Shown piece after piece: positions 27,312 to 37,057 of a DNA stretch of 64,000 nt. A program made the translations under genes and the position numbers. The stretch covers positions 478,663 to 542,662 of the forward strand of contig JAWKSP010000001.1 in NCBI GenBank assembly GCA_041389025.1. Reading direction: 5' to 3'. The notes beneath the pieces were generated by a model. The model worked only from the letters and a program-made list of their open reading frames with translations, was not told where the DNA came from and did not search any database. Numbering within the stretch: position 1 is the stretch's first letter; every line of letters begins with the position of its first letter. The stretch comes from Minisyncoccota bacterium. Its GTDB lineage: Bacteria > Patescibacteriota > Minisyncoccia > Phycocordibacterales > UBA918.

Positions 27312-29429
27312 TTACTCAATAGCACTTGAAGCGTATTTAAATATAGTGTTATTTTGTAAGAAAATGTTATTGCTATATTCTTTCATTTCCTCCAGCACAT
27401 CTTTTAGTTCGATATATTCGTTCGGGGTTTCGACTTCATTTCTTTTGTTGATATTTGTAAAAGTACTACTCAAAACGACATTTACTTGCTTATCTTTTAC
27501 ACTTACCGCTTCCAGAGTCGGAATATATCTTATATCAATCTGGTATCGCACCGGAAAGCCTTTCTTGTCATAAAAGAGGCTCAGAGTTATATTTTCGTTA
27601 ATAAAATCGAAGGCTAGAGCTGAATCTGCTTTTTTCAGCTCTTCTAACACCTCTTCATTTCTTTCAATTAACGGATGGTCATAAGTAGCCAATTTTGCTG
27701 AAATATCTTCATAAAAGGTAACAATATTATCTCTTGAAAGTCTAAGTTTATACTCAGTTAATTCTCTTTCATCAACTATGACTTGATTAGAAGACTCAAT
27801 CATAAATACACTATGTTTATCGGCTGTTTTTATTATTTCTTCAAATTGGGCTTGGTAGTCTCCAGAAACAGATTCACCGCCACCGCCGTTCAGTTCTTCT
27901 ATAACTTCTTCAAAATCCATCAAACCAACTCCCACTTCTTCTTCCACATCGGCTTGAGTAAAGTGTATCCATTTTCCTTTATAATTATTAAAATTACCTA
28001 AAAATGCTGGAAATTTAGTGGCAACAAAATAGTAATCTTCAGCCTTTTTTCTAAATTCGGCCGCTACCGCAAACATCATATCACCAAAGGAAGCTTGTCC
28101 ACTAACACCAAATCTCAAGTCAGTAGAATTTTCGACTGACTTATCAAAAGCCCCATCAACCGCAAATACCATTTCAGCATCAGAATTAACTATTAGTTCG
28201 AGTTCAGTCGCCCCATCTGCAAAAGCCTCAATTATTTTTGGATATTCCGGCTTACCGTCGAAAGAACGACTTGATACGAAACTATTTTGTTGAAACGTAA
28301 CCTTCTTATCGTCAAAAATTAACGTATCTAGATAGTCGCGCTCCTTCAGACTGTTAATAGCACTATCAGTTTCAAATTCTGCAGTTAGACTAAAGGCTTC
28401 TCCTCCTTCAGTCAGTTCATACAAATAAGGCCGCCCAAACGGATCAGTGCTACTAACAGACAATATATCTAAAGTTAACGGAAAACTTTGACTTTCTTCA
28501 TAATTACTAGCTACATCAGCCCTATAGGGATAAGCTCTAATATCAGACAATATTTCAGAAATATCATCCACTCTTCTCTTATCCCTGTTTAAAGCCTCTC
28601 TTTCTTCTTCACTGACAGTAAATACCTGATCGATTGACCGAGCATTTGCTTCTCTTTCATTTACAGACAAGCCAAACTCTACTTTATAAGCAGCGGAGTT
28701 TATCTCCGACATCTTAGCAAGAGTAGTACTTAAAATATTTTGGTTATTTAATTTTACAACCTTATTAAAACTGAATTGTTGATAAGCGTAATAACCAATA
28801 AAAGCCAAGCTGGCAAAACAAAAAACTGCTAAAAATATTATAATCAATACTTTGTATAGATTATTAGTTGGTTTTAAAGCTGTCGTGTTTGAAGTAGGAT
28901 TATCATCTGAAACCTCTATTTCTTCAGATTTACTAAAGCCATAAACTGGTGTATCTCCTAGATTTTTAGTTTGACTGACTTTATCTAAATTATCGCTGTT
29001 TTTGGTTTCAACTTCAGACTTAAGAAATTCTGAAGCTTTAGAAATTTTTGGATCTTCTTCAATAGAATTATTAAAATTATTAGTTTCTTCCTTTTTAACA
29101 GACTCAGAAGACTCATTTTTTGGATTTATTAATTCTGATCCATCATCCATACCATCAACGTCAACCGATTCTGATGATTTTGAAAGTTGTGATGATTGTG
29201 ATGACACAAAAGCTTGTGGTTTAGGAGGCTGAACAACATTTAGTTTTTCTGTTTCAGTTTTACCTTTATAAAGCGCAATCGCTTCCTCTACCTCATCAAA
29301 ACTCCAGTTAGCATTAATCAATAAATTTTTTAAAGTTCCTTCTTCAACGTCCGGATGAGTAACCTTAAGGGACTTTATATAGTCTGATTGCTCTTGATTT
29401 AACATACTTATTATAGTGAAGTGTACCAT
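27312..29429 (-). CDS. Large hypothetical bitopic membrane protein (705 aa): cytoplasmic N-domain, acidic/Ser-rich linker, one TM, ~480-aa extracytoplasmic domain
   Basis: Single strong TM (VLIIIFLAVFCFASLAFIGYYAY) at aa ~190; no recognisable catalytic motifs. Confidence 0.6.
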   Translation of the reverse strand: MVHFTIISMLNQEQSDYIKSLKVTHPDVEEGTLKNLLINANWSFDEVEEAIALYKGKTETEKLNVVQPPKPQAFVSSQSSQLSKSSESVDVDGMDDGSELINPKNESSESVKKEETNNFNNSIEEDPKISKASEFLKSEVETKNSDNLDKVSQTKNLGDTPVYGFSKSEEIEVSDDNPTSNTTALKPTNNLYKVLIIIFLAVFCFASLAFIGYYAYQQFSFNKVVKLNNQNILSTTLAKMSEINSAAYKVEFGLSVNEREANARSIDQVFTVSEEEREALNRDKRRVDDISEILSDIRAYPYRADVASNYEESQSFPLTLDILSVSSTDPFGRPYLYELTEGGEAFSLTAEFETDSAINSLKERDYLDTLIFDDKKVTFQQNSFVSSRSFDGKPEYPKIIEAFADGATELELIVNSDAEMVFAVDGAFDKSVENSTDLRFGVSGQASFGDMMFAVAAEFRKKAEDYYFVATKFPAFLGNFNNYKGKWIHFTQADVEEEVGVGLMDFEEVIEELNGGGGESVSGDYQAQFEEIIKTADKHSVFMIESSNQVIVDERELTEYKLRLSRDNIVTFYEDISAKLATYDHPLIERNEEVLEELKKADSALAFDFINENITLSLFYDKKGFPVRYQIDIRYIPTLEAVSVKDKQVNVVLSSTFTNINKRNEVETPNEYIELKDVLEEMKEYSNNIFLQNNTIFKYASSAIE

Positions 29430-29542
29430 TATCTAAAATCATCTATTAACTAATTACCCACACCGCTTTTGAAGGCTAATACTTGAAGAAAATTTTATTT
29501 GTTGTATCTTACCAGTGGATTCTATAGTAGTGAGGTCTATAA

Positions 29543-29872
29543 ATGCATACTACATACGCTTTTCTAAAGGATACAAAAAACAGAATTTGCTTTGGGCAAA
29601 AAATGATTTCTTTCATTAAAAATCTTTTCGGTTCAGAGTTAGAAATAATGACATGGAAAGACAGTTCTTCTAAACTGGGATATAAAATTATTTTAACACC
29701 TAAATCTGGTTCAAGTCCTTTTATTTTGGTTAGTCCAGACAAATGGAATAGAATAACAATACCTCAAGAAATAATGAATATACCTAGTTTTAGTAGCGTT
29801 AAGAACAGGAGAAAACAGGTGGCATGTTGGATTGAAAAAGATAAGAAATTAATCATAATAAGATTTCAGTAA
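29543..29872 (+). CDS. Hypothetical 109-aa protein
   Basis: ORF only. Confidence 0.3.
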   Translation: MHTTYAFLKDTKNRICFGQKMISFIKNLFGSELEIMTWKDSSSKLGYKIILTPKSGSSPFILVSPDKWNRITIPQEIMNIPSFSSVKNRRKQVACWIEKDKKLIIIRFQ

Positions 29873-29937
29873 ATCTTCCCGCCAGAAATTTGGCGGTTTT
29901 TATTTGCTTTTTTGATCAATCGCCATACAATAACAAT

Positions 29938-30801
29938 ATGCCAGAACTACCAGAAGTCGAAACCGTTCGACTACAACTATTAAATAAAATTATCGACAAA
30001 CCGATCAAAAAGATTGAAGTATTTCACCCCAAAACAGTTGCTCAAGATAAACACTTTACAAAAAAACTTATAGGTAAATCTTTTTCCGGAATTGATCGTG
30101 TCGGTAAATTAATGATTTTTAACTTTTCCAATGAAAACAATCTTCATCTTTTGGTGCACCTGAAGATGACTGGGCAATTTTTCTACGTCGATAAAAAAGG
30201 TATTTTAGGCGGTGGTCACTTTGGTTCTGATAAAGACAGTCTGGGTTTACCCAACCGTCACACCAGAGTGGCTTTTCATTTTACCGATAACTCTTCCCTA
30301 TTTTTCAACGATATGCGATTGTTTGGTTATGTAAAAATTACTGATACAAATGAAACAGAAAGAGCAAAAGCCAAATTTGGACCGGAACCAATCTCGGACA
30401 ATTTTAATTATGAAGAGTTCGCTAAGAAATTAAAACAGAGAAATACTAGTATTAAAGCAGTACTTTTAGACCAATCATTTATTGCCGGTCTTGGTAATAT
30501 CTATGTAGACGAAGCTCTATATTTAGCTAAAGTTAGACCGACTAGAAAAGCTAGTCAGGTTACCAAAAAAGAAGCGTTTGCTATCGCTGAAGCTGGTGGT
30601 GAAATAATGAAAAAATCCATTGAGGTAGGCGGTACCACCTTTCAGCATTTTGTCGATACTGGTGGTGAAACTGGAAACTACACTGATTATCTAAAAGTGT
30701 TTGGTAAACAAAACACCGAGTGCCCCGTCTGTGGTACCATCATAAAAAAGACTCGAGTAGCGGGACGCGGTACCCACTACTGTCCCAAGTGTCAAAAATA
30801 A
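29938..30801 (+). CDS. mutM: Formamidopyrimidine-DNA glycosylase (Fpg/MutM)
   Basis: N-terminal MPELPEVETVR (catalytic Pro2/Glu3). H2TH region. C-terminal zinc finger CPVCGTIIKKTRVAGRGTHYCPKCQ. Confidence 0.88.
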   Translation: MPELPEVETVRLQLLNKIIDKPIKKIEVFHPKTVAQDKHFTKKLIGKSFSGIDRVGKLMIFNFSNENNLHLLVHLKMTGQFFYVDKKGILGGGHFGSDKDSLGLPNRHTRVAFHFTDNSSLFFNDMRLFGYVKITDTNETERAKAKFGPEPISDNFNYEEFAKKLKQRNTSIKAVLLDQSFIAGLGNIYVDEALYLAKVRPTRKASQVTKKEAFAIAEAGGEIMKKSIEVGGTTFQHFVDTGGETGNYTDYLKVFGKQNTECPVCGTIIKKTRVAGRGTHYCPKCQK

Positions 30802-30803
30802 GT

Positions 30804-31466
30804 ATGAACATAAACATTGAAACCAGTTGGCAAAAAACTTTGACTAAAGAGTTTGAAAAACCGTATTTTAAAAAGCTGACTGACAAAGTTCGTGAGGCTT
30901 ATCTAAAAGAGGTTATTTATCCGCATCCTAAAAATATTTTTAACGCTTTTTCTCTTTGTCCATTTAACGAGGTGAAAGTAGTAATATTAGGACAAGATCC
31001 TTACCACGGACTTGGCCAAGCACACGGCCTTTGTTTTTCGGTACCAGACGGTGAAAAAATTCCACCCTCACTTAAAAATATTTATAAAGAAATCAATAAC
31101 GATCTGGGAAAAGAAATACCGGAATCCGGTAATTTAGGAAGGTGGGCTAAGCAAGGAGTGTTACTTTTAAACGCTACTTTGACTGTGCGAGCCGGCTACG
31201 CCGGCTCGCACCAAGGCCTCGGCTGGGAGACTTTCACCGACACAATCATCAAAACCATCTCTGAGCAAAAAGAGCACGTGGTCTTTCTACTTTGGGGACG
31301 CTACGCTCAAGCTAAAACTAGTCTAATAGATAAGAACAAACACCTCATCCTCACCGCACCACACCCCTCCCCACTTTCCGCTCACAACGGCTGGTTTGGT
31401 AGCAAACATTTCAGCCAAACCAACATCTACCTAAAAAAACACAACCAAAAACCAATTGAGTGGTGA
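30804..31466 (+). CDS. ung: Uracil-DNA glycosylase (family 1)
   Basis: GQDPYHGLGQAHGLCFSV water-activating motif, LLLNATLTV, and HPSPLSA C-terminal motif. ATG at 30804 directly follows the mutM stop. Confidence 0.88.
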   Translation: MNINIETSWQKTLTKEFEKPYFKKLTDKVREAYLKEVIYPHPKNIFNAFSLCPFNEVKVVILGQDPYHGLGQAHGLCFSVPDGEKIPPSLKNIYKEINNDLGKEIPESGNLGRWAKQGVLLLNATLTVRAGYAGSHQGLGWETFTDTIIKTISEQKEHVVFLLWGRYAQAKTSLIDKNKHLILTAPHPSPLSAHNGWFGSKHFSQTNIYLKKHNQKPIEW

Positions 31467-31491
31467 TATTTATATAATTTTCTTAAGTTTT

Positions 31492-33081
31492 TTAAGCTAA
31501 CCCCGGGAAGAAATCTCGTACGATTTGTTTACTTGGAACACCAAGTTTCTTGAGAAGACCCGTATAAGCATCCACCATACCGGACGGACCGGATATGTAC
31601 CAAGTTCGCTCTAGATAATCCGGTAAATGTTTCTTGATTATTTCTTCTGTTACGTACCCAGCTTCACAACCGGCTATATTTTCTTTTGCTAAAACATTAA
31701 CTACTTTGAAAGGCAAAACTTCCGTTAAACTATCTAGCTTATCTTTATAAGCAATCTCTGTAGCAAAATTGTTACAATAGAATAAAGTTGTTTCATGTTT
31801 ATTTCCGTTACTATTCATTGCTTCTAAATGACTCAAAAATGGTGTAATACCAATACCACCAGCTACAAAAGCTAATTTTTCTCCTGACTTATCCGGTAAA
31901 AGAAAATCTCCAGCTAATTGACTGGCAATAATAGTATCGCCTATATTCATGTCCTTTAGTTTTGTTTTGTAACTACTAACCTTGTCACCAAACCGTACAG
32001 CCATTTTTAGAAAGTCTATGTCAGGAGCAGAAGCTATAGTAAAATATCTTCGAATACCTCGACTGTCCATATTTTCATGTGGTAACATCCATTCCAAATA
32101 TTGACCTGCCTTAAAGTCCATACCGGCTGGTTTTTCAAATACAAATTCCCAAGTATTTTTTGCTACCTCCCTTTTCTCTACCAACTTCAAAACTAGTTTC
32201 TGCCGTAGTCTGGTACCATAAAAAACCAAATTACCGATAATAAGGGCTAATTCTGGAGTAATCATGATAAATGAAACAAATAAAGCAGTTTGTGACAAAA
32301 AACCTACCAGAGCCGCGTAAGTTATTTGCATCTTTTTAGTTGACGGCATCGTAAATGGTTCGGTCAACATATAAAGAGCTAAAAACAGACTAGGGCCCAT
32401 CAACCAGAAGTTTAACCAAGTTTCAGTAACATCAAAACCAAATCGCCATTCTTCAAACAAAAAAGTTACAAAAGCAACCGCAAGAAAAGTGAGTACCGGA
32501 ACCCATTTTCTTACTTTAAGAACCACCGCACTACCTACTAACAAAAGTGGAATAAATAAGGCTGGTGTACCAACCCACCAAGCCGATTCAAAATACCCAA
32601 ACGATGGAAATATAAGAAAAAGCAAAGCCAAAGCAAATACACCAAACGCCGCTGGATTAAAAATATGTTGGCCTTTTCTCGCCACTACAAATTTTGACAA
32701 AATCGCCAAAAATGTAACTGCAGCAATCAACCATAAATCACCTATTTCTGATAACTGAGTTGGTAAAACTAGGAAGAATATAATAAGTGCAGTAATGATA
32801 GCTGACTCATTATTTACATGTACTTTAAACAACTTACCTAAAATGATGTTTACCACCAGAGCCACCGCTAAAGCAGTAATCAAAGAAAGTACCTGTTCCA
32901 GCCCGCTATATGCTAAAACACCAAAGAAACCTAATATTATTGAATAACTGGCCAATATTGATAATGACAAAGTTACCGTTCGATACATCGCTATATTGTC
33001 TAGCTTTGCCTTAATTAACTGAAATATTTTTTTCACAAGACCGTAACAAGATTTAACGTTTAATTGAATAAGTTGATACAT
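31492..33081 (-). CDS. Fusion protein: NqrB/RnfD-like polytopic membrane domain + C-terminal ferredoxin-NADP reductase-like FAD/NAD(P)-binding domain
   Basis: Membrane part contains GQHIFNPAAFGVFALALLFLIFP (compare NqrB NFLNPALAGRAFLFFAYP). C-terminal RRYFTIASAP (RxYS FAD motif) and AFVAGGIGITPFLS (GGxGxxP NAD(P) motif). Confidence 0.65.
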   Translation of the reverse strand: MYQLIQLNVKSCYGLVKKIFQLIKAKLDNIAMYRTVTLSLSILASYSIILGFFGVLAYSGLEQVLSLITALAVALVVNIILGKLFKVHVNNESAIITALIIFFLVLPTQLSEIGDLWLIAAVTFLAILSKFVVARKGQHIFNPAAFGVFALALLFLIFPSFGYFESAWWVGTPALFIPLLLVGSAVVLKVRKWVPVLTFLAVAFVTFLFEEWRFGFDVTETWLNFWLMGPSLFLALYMLTEPFTMPSTKKMQITYAALVGFLSQTALFVSFIMITPELALIIGNLVFYGTRLRQKLVLKLVEKREVAKNTWEFVFEKPAGMDFKAGQYLEWMLPHENMDSRGIRRYFTIASAPDIDFLKMAVRFGDKVSSYKTKLKDMNIGDTIIASQLAGDFLLPDKSGEKLAFVAGGIGITPFLSHLEAMNSNGNKHETTLFYCNNFATEIAYKDKLDSLTEVLPFKVVNVLAKENIAGCEAGYVTEEIIKKHLPDYLERTWYISGPSGMVDAYTGLLKKLGVPSKQIVRDFFPGLA

Positions 33082-33130
33082 TATAGTATAAATATACTAA
33101 CTTTAAAATTAATATTTTCATCACCTTGAT

Positions 33131-33583
33131 ATGCCAATTGTTTTTATAATTATCGGAGTAATAATCCTCGCTTTGGGTTACACTTTCTTTTTCAGTAACG
33201 ACACAAAGACTGACGATACAACAGACACAAAAACAGAAGTAAACACCACAAAAGAAAACAACGTAGGTGACAAAACCTTACCAACAAGCTCTACCCCACA
33301 AACTTTCACTCAAAAAGCCACTTACGTAAATCCCAGCCGTAAAACTCAAGAAATTGAAATTATTTTGGAAGTAAATGATGGTATGGTAACCAACTCTCAA
33401 GTAAAATATGACGGCAAAGACAGTGGTTACGCCAATAAATACCAAGAGCGTTTTGATGAAGTATACAAATCTGAAGTGATTGGCAAAAAACTTGACCAAA
33501 TACACCTGTCTCGTGTTGGCGGAGCTTCTCTTACTTCAGAAGCTTTCAACAATGCAGTAGCTGACATCATCAGCCAAAGCTAA
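33131..33583 (+). CDS. Membrane-anchored FMN-binding domain protein (NqrC/RnfG/PplA-like FMN_bind)
   Basis: N-terminal TM and Thr-rich linker. C-terminal LSRVGGASLTSEAFNNAVADII matches the D-x-x-SGAT-x-TS flavinylation motif (Ser in the T/S position). Confidence 0.6.
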   Translation: MPIVFIIIGVIILALGYTFFFSNDTKTDDTTDTKTEVNTTKENNVGDKTLPTSSTPQTFTQKATYVNPSRKTQEIEIILEVNDGMVTNSQVKYDGKDSGYANKYQERFDEVYKSEVIGKKLDQIHLSRVGGASLTSEAFNNAVADIISQS

Positions 33584-34498
33584 ATGTCTACGATACTACC
33601 GGAAATCAAAGCTTTAGGCACAGTCTGGTGGATTGAAATTTTTACTGATTTGGACGATAAAAGAACCGAGACCGTCTACGACGGTCTCGGTTCTTTTATC
33701 GACATTTTTGAAGCCAAATACTCTCGCTTCAAACCAGATTCTTTGATAACCAAACTAAACACTACCGGCATTCTGGAAAATCCAGACCAAATGACCATTG
33801 AAATATTAAAATACGGACAAGATTTATATAGACAAACTGACGGCTTATTTAATTTTCTAATTGGTGAAATATTAGAAAATCGCGGTTATGATGCCTTATA
33901 TTCATTTAAAATAAAAGAAACCAAGGTAAAAATTCCCAACCCTTTAACTGATTTAGAAATTAATGATGACAAAATTATTTTAAAATCCGGTCGAGTTGAT
34001 CTGGGTGGATTTGGTAAAGGTTATTTAGTTGATTTGTTGTCTGTTGAGCTAAAAAACATTTATCAATTACCTTATTTTTTAATTAACGGTGGTGGGGATA
34101 TTTACGCTAGTAGTGACAATGGAGAACCGGTAGAAATTTATTTAGAACACCCGATACAAACCGGCACATTTATTGGTAGCACCACTTTACTAAACCAAGG
34201 CTTTGCCGCCTCCAGTCCTCATAAAAGACAGTGGAAAATAAAAGATAAAACCTACAATCACATAGTAAATACGACTCAAAAAAATGACAGTGATAATAGT
34301 GATGATAAAAATAATGGAATTGACGGAACTTTTGTAAAAGCAGAAACAGTGGCGAAAGCTGACGCTTTCGCCACTGTTTTCCTCCTTATCAACCCCAATC
34401 AAATTCATAAAATAGCAACAGGAAATAAAGTAAAAGCTTGCTATCTTTTAGACAACAAGCTTTTAACAGAAAGAGGTTTTAATCATATCTTACCTTAA
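33584..34498 (+). CDS. apbE: FAD:protein FMN transferase (ApbE family)
   Basis: VDLGGFGKGYLVD, INGGGDIYA and KADAFATVF ApbE motifs. Start ATG abuts the upstream stop (translational coupling). Confidence 0.8.
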   Translation: MSTILPEIKALGTVWWIEIFTDLDDKRTETVYDGLGSFIDIFEAKYSRFKPDSLITKLNTTGILENPDQMTIEILKYGQDLYRQTDGLFNFLIGEILENRGYDALYSFKIKETKVKIPNPLTDLEINDDKIILKSGRVDLGGFGKGYLVDLLSVELKNIYQLPYFLINGGGDIYASSDNGEPVEIYLEHPIQTGTFIGSTTLLNQGFAASSPHKRQWKIKDKTYNHIVNTTQKNDSDNSDDKNNGIDGTFVKAETVAKADAFATVFLLINPNQIHKIATGNKVKACYLLDNKLLTERGFNHILP

Positions 34499-34993
34499 CA
34501 CAATATTTAAAATTTACTTGGTTAAGATTATTTATTATCATTATCTCGGCAGCATAGAGCTCTCTGCCTAATAGATAACTGATTGAATATGGAGAAGTCG
34601 AACGATTTTTAAGCCAACACAAATAAAATATATATTTTATTTTTTCCCTATCCAAACAAAAGGTTAACTCGCTTAGAAAATCATGAAAATAATTTCCCTC
34701 ACATTCTATATACGCGTAACTAGATAACAAACATAAATCTTCAACTACTGTTCTAAAAATTAACTCATTTTTTTCTTTAATTTTTTTCTTATACAAGAAA
34801 TACAAAAAGAAAACGAAGTTTATCATTTTTATTACTCCTTAACTAAATTATACAAAAACAACCCTAAATATATAGTAATATTACACATTTGTACACACCA
34901 AAAAAGCGTGTGAAATAAAATGTGATTTTTAATTAGAATCAAGTTGTCAGTTAGCAGCTAACGACTTTTTAATATCTAATAATTTCTTTTTTT

Positions 34994-35620
34994 CTACCCC
35001 TCCTTCGCCACAATCATTGCTTTTACTCTCATAGTAGACACCACCGCGTCACGAGCACGTTCGTCTAGTTGCATAGAGATGAACTTAATGGTTTCTTGTA
35101 GGTTTGGTATCATCACATTCTCCAAAGCCGATACACGACGGCGGGTTTTTTCAATTTCATCAGCTAGATTTTCAGCCGTTTTCTCAAGTTCGGCTAAGCG
35201 AATAATATCAACAAAGACCTCGTCAAATTTACTAATCGCATTATCTAAATCTCCTGAAGTATCCAAAAAACCATACGAAAAGGCGGAACCTTCTTTAGTG
35301 ATCTTAAACTCCGGAATCTTTACCGACATCACAGTCTTGATATCGACTTCAAGTGAAGTCTTAGCATTTGGTACTAAAAGAGCCACTTCTTGAGCTAATC
35401 TAGAAGTCATTGCACTTGATCGTTGATAAGAATCAAAAGCCATACCCAAACGCTCCTCGACTGAACGACGAAGATCACGTGCTTCATAGATAATCACCAT
35501 GAACTTTTTGATTAGTCCATCTCGCTTATCTTTTAGCAACTTATGTCCCTTCTTAGCCACTTTCAATTCTTTTTTAAGATTCAAAAGTGCGATTCGGGTT
35601 GGGCTGACTTTTAATATCAT
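34994..35620 (-). CDS. atpD: V-type ATP synthase subunit D (NtpD)
   Basis: MILKVSPTRIALLNLKKELKVAKKGHKLLKDKRDGL N-terminus typical of V/A-type D. Last gene of the operon. Confidence 0.85.
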   Translation of the reverse strand: MILKVSPTRIALLNLKKELKVAKKGHKLLKDKRDGLIKKFMVIIYEARDLRRSVEERLGMAFDSYQRSSAMTSRLAQEVALLVPNAKTSLEVDIKTVMSVKIPEFKITKEGSAFSYGFLDTSGDLDNAISKFDEVFVDIIRLAELEKTAENLADEIEKTRRRVSALENVMIPNLQETIKFISMQLDERARDAVVSTMRVKAMIVAKEG

Positions 35621-35638
35621 AGTCTTAGTTTAACAAAA

Positions 35639-37033
35639 TTAAGCAGTAGTTTTCTCCCCAGTCTTTGGCATGTATTTATCCACCATATCAGACTTTACAC
35701 GCTTTAAAGTTTCGCGTGGAAGCATGGCAAGTAATCTCCATCCAATATCTAATGATTCTTCAACTGAACGGTTTTCAAACTCTCCTTGCCCAACAAACTC
35801 TCTTTCAAAAGCGTCAGCAAAACGTAGGTGGGCTTTATCATTTTCATCAAGTGAAGCTTCTCCTAACACAACCGCAAGCTCTCGTACTTCACGACCAACC
35901 GCGTAAGAAGCGAACAATTGATCCTTGAGTTCTTTATGATCATCACGAGTTTTTCCTTCTCCTACTCCAGCTGACCAAAGTCGTGACAATGAACCTTGTA
36001 CGTCCACTGGTGGAAAAATGCCTTTCCGGTAAAGTTCACGAGAAATCACAAACTGTCCTTCAGTGATGTATCCGGTAAGGTCCGGCACCGGATGAGTACG
36101 ATCATCATCCGGCATACTGAGAATCGGAATCTGAGTGATAGTTCCCGATCGACCTTTAATACGACCAGCTCGTTCGTAAATGGTAGAGAGGTCAGTATAT
36201 AAGTACCCAGGGTACCCACGACGCCCCGGTACTTCTTTTCGCACTGAAGACACTTCACGCAAAGCTTCACAGTAGTTGGTCATATCAGTTAGAATTACAA
36301 GTACGTGCATATCTTTTTCAAAAGCCAAATACTCGGCTGTAGTTAAAGCCATACGTGGTGTAGAAATACGTTCTACCACTGGGTCGGCAGCGGTGTTGAT
36401 GAAAAGTACACTTCGCTCTAGCGCTCCAGCATCTTGGAACTGACGCTTGAAGTATTCAGCTTCTTCAAAAGATACACCAAGAGTAGCAAATACGATGGCA
36501 AATTCTCCGCCATCTTTCACCTTTGCCTGACGAGCGATCTGCGCTGCTAGACGTGAATGTGGTAAACCAGAACCAGAGAAAATCGGCAGCTTTTGACCAC
36601 GCACTAAAGTATTCATTACATCAATTGAAGCAATACCAGTTTGAATAAAGTCATTTGGAAACTCACGACTGTATGGGTTAATCGCGTTACCGTTGATGTC
36701 GATCTTCTTTTCTGGAATCAACTCCGGACCACCATCAGCTACCACACCAGCACCAGTAAACACTCGACCAAGCATATCCTCTGTCACTCCAAGCTTAAGA
36801 GTTTCTCCTCGAAAACGCACCTTAGTACCTTCGGCTTGTACTCCAGCCGTCGGATCAAACATTTGTACCACCGCCTTATTCTCTGACACATCAAGTACCT
36901 TTCCAAAGCGAGTTTTAGTTTCTCCTGGCACACTTACTTCTACTAACTCCTCGTATTTTACCCCACTCACTCCTTCAACTACCAAAAGCGGTCCGGTGAT
37001 TGATGATACTGTTTTGTATTCTTTTTGACTCAT
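35639..37033 (-). CDS. atpB: V-type ATP synthase subunit B (NtpB)
   Basis: 464 aa; conserved non-catalytic nucleotide-binding fold ([18 protein letters not shown]...). Confidence 0.9.
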   Translation of the reverse strand: MSQKEYKTVSSITGPLLVVEGVSGVKYEELVEVSVPGETKTRFGKVLDVSENKAVVQMFDPTAGVQAEGTKVRFRGETLKLGVTEDMLGRVFTGAGVVADGGPELIPEKKIDINGNAINPYSREFPNDFIQTGIASIDVMNTLVRGQKLPIFSGSGLPHSRLAAQIARQAKVKDGGEFAIVFATLGVSFEEAEYFKRQFQDAGALERSVLFINTAADPVVERISTPRMALTTAEYLAFEKDMHVLVILTDMTNYCEALREVSSVRKEVPGRRGYPGYLYTDLSTIYERAGRIKGRSGTITQIPILSMPDDDRTHPVPDLTGYITEGQFVISRELYRKGIFPPVDVQGSLSRLWSAGVGEGKTRDDHKELKDQLFASYAVGREVRELAVVLGEASLDENDKAHLRFADAFEREFVGQGEFENRSVEESLDIGWRLLAMLPRETLKRVKSDMVDKYMPKTGEKTTA

Positions 37034-37057
37034 ATCTTTTTCTTAATTTATCTTTAT

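Noticed and set aside
34479-34826. 115-aa minus-strand ORF in the ApbE/V-ATPase spacer
   Set aside because: Extremely AT-rich, low-complexity translation (KKKIKEKN..., YFLY...) and overlaps the ApbE stop region; typical spurious ORF in an intergenic A/T tract.
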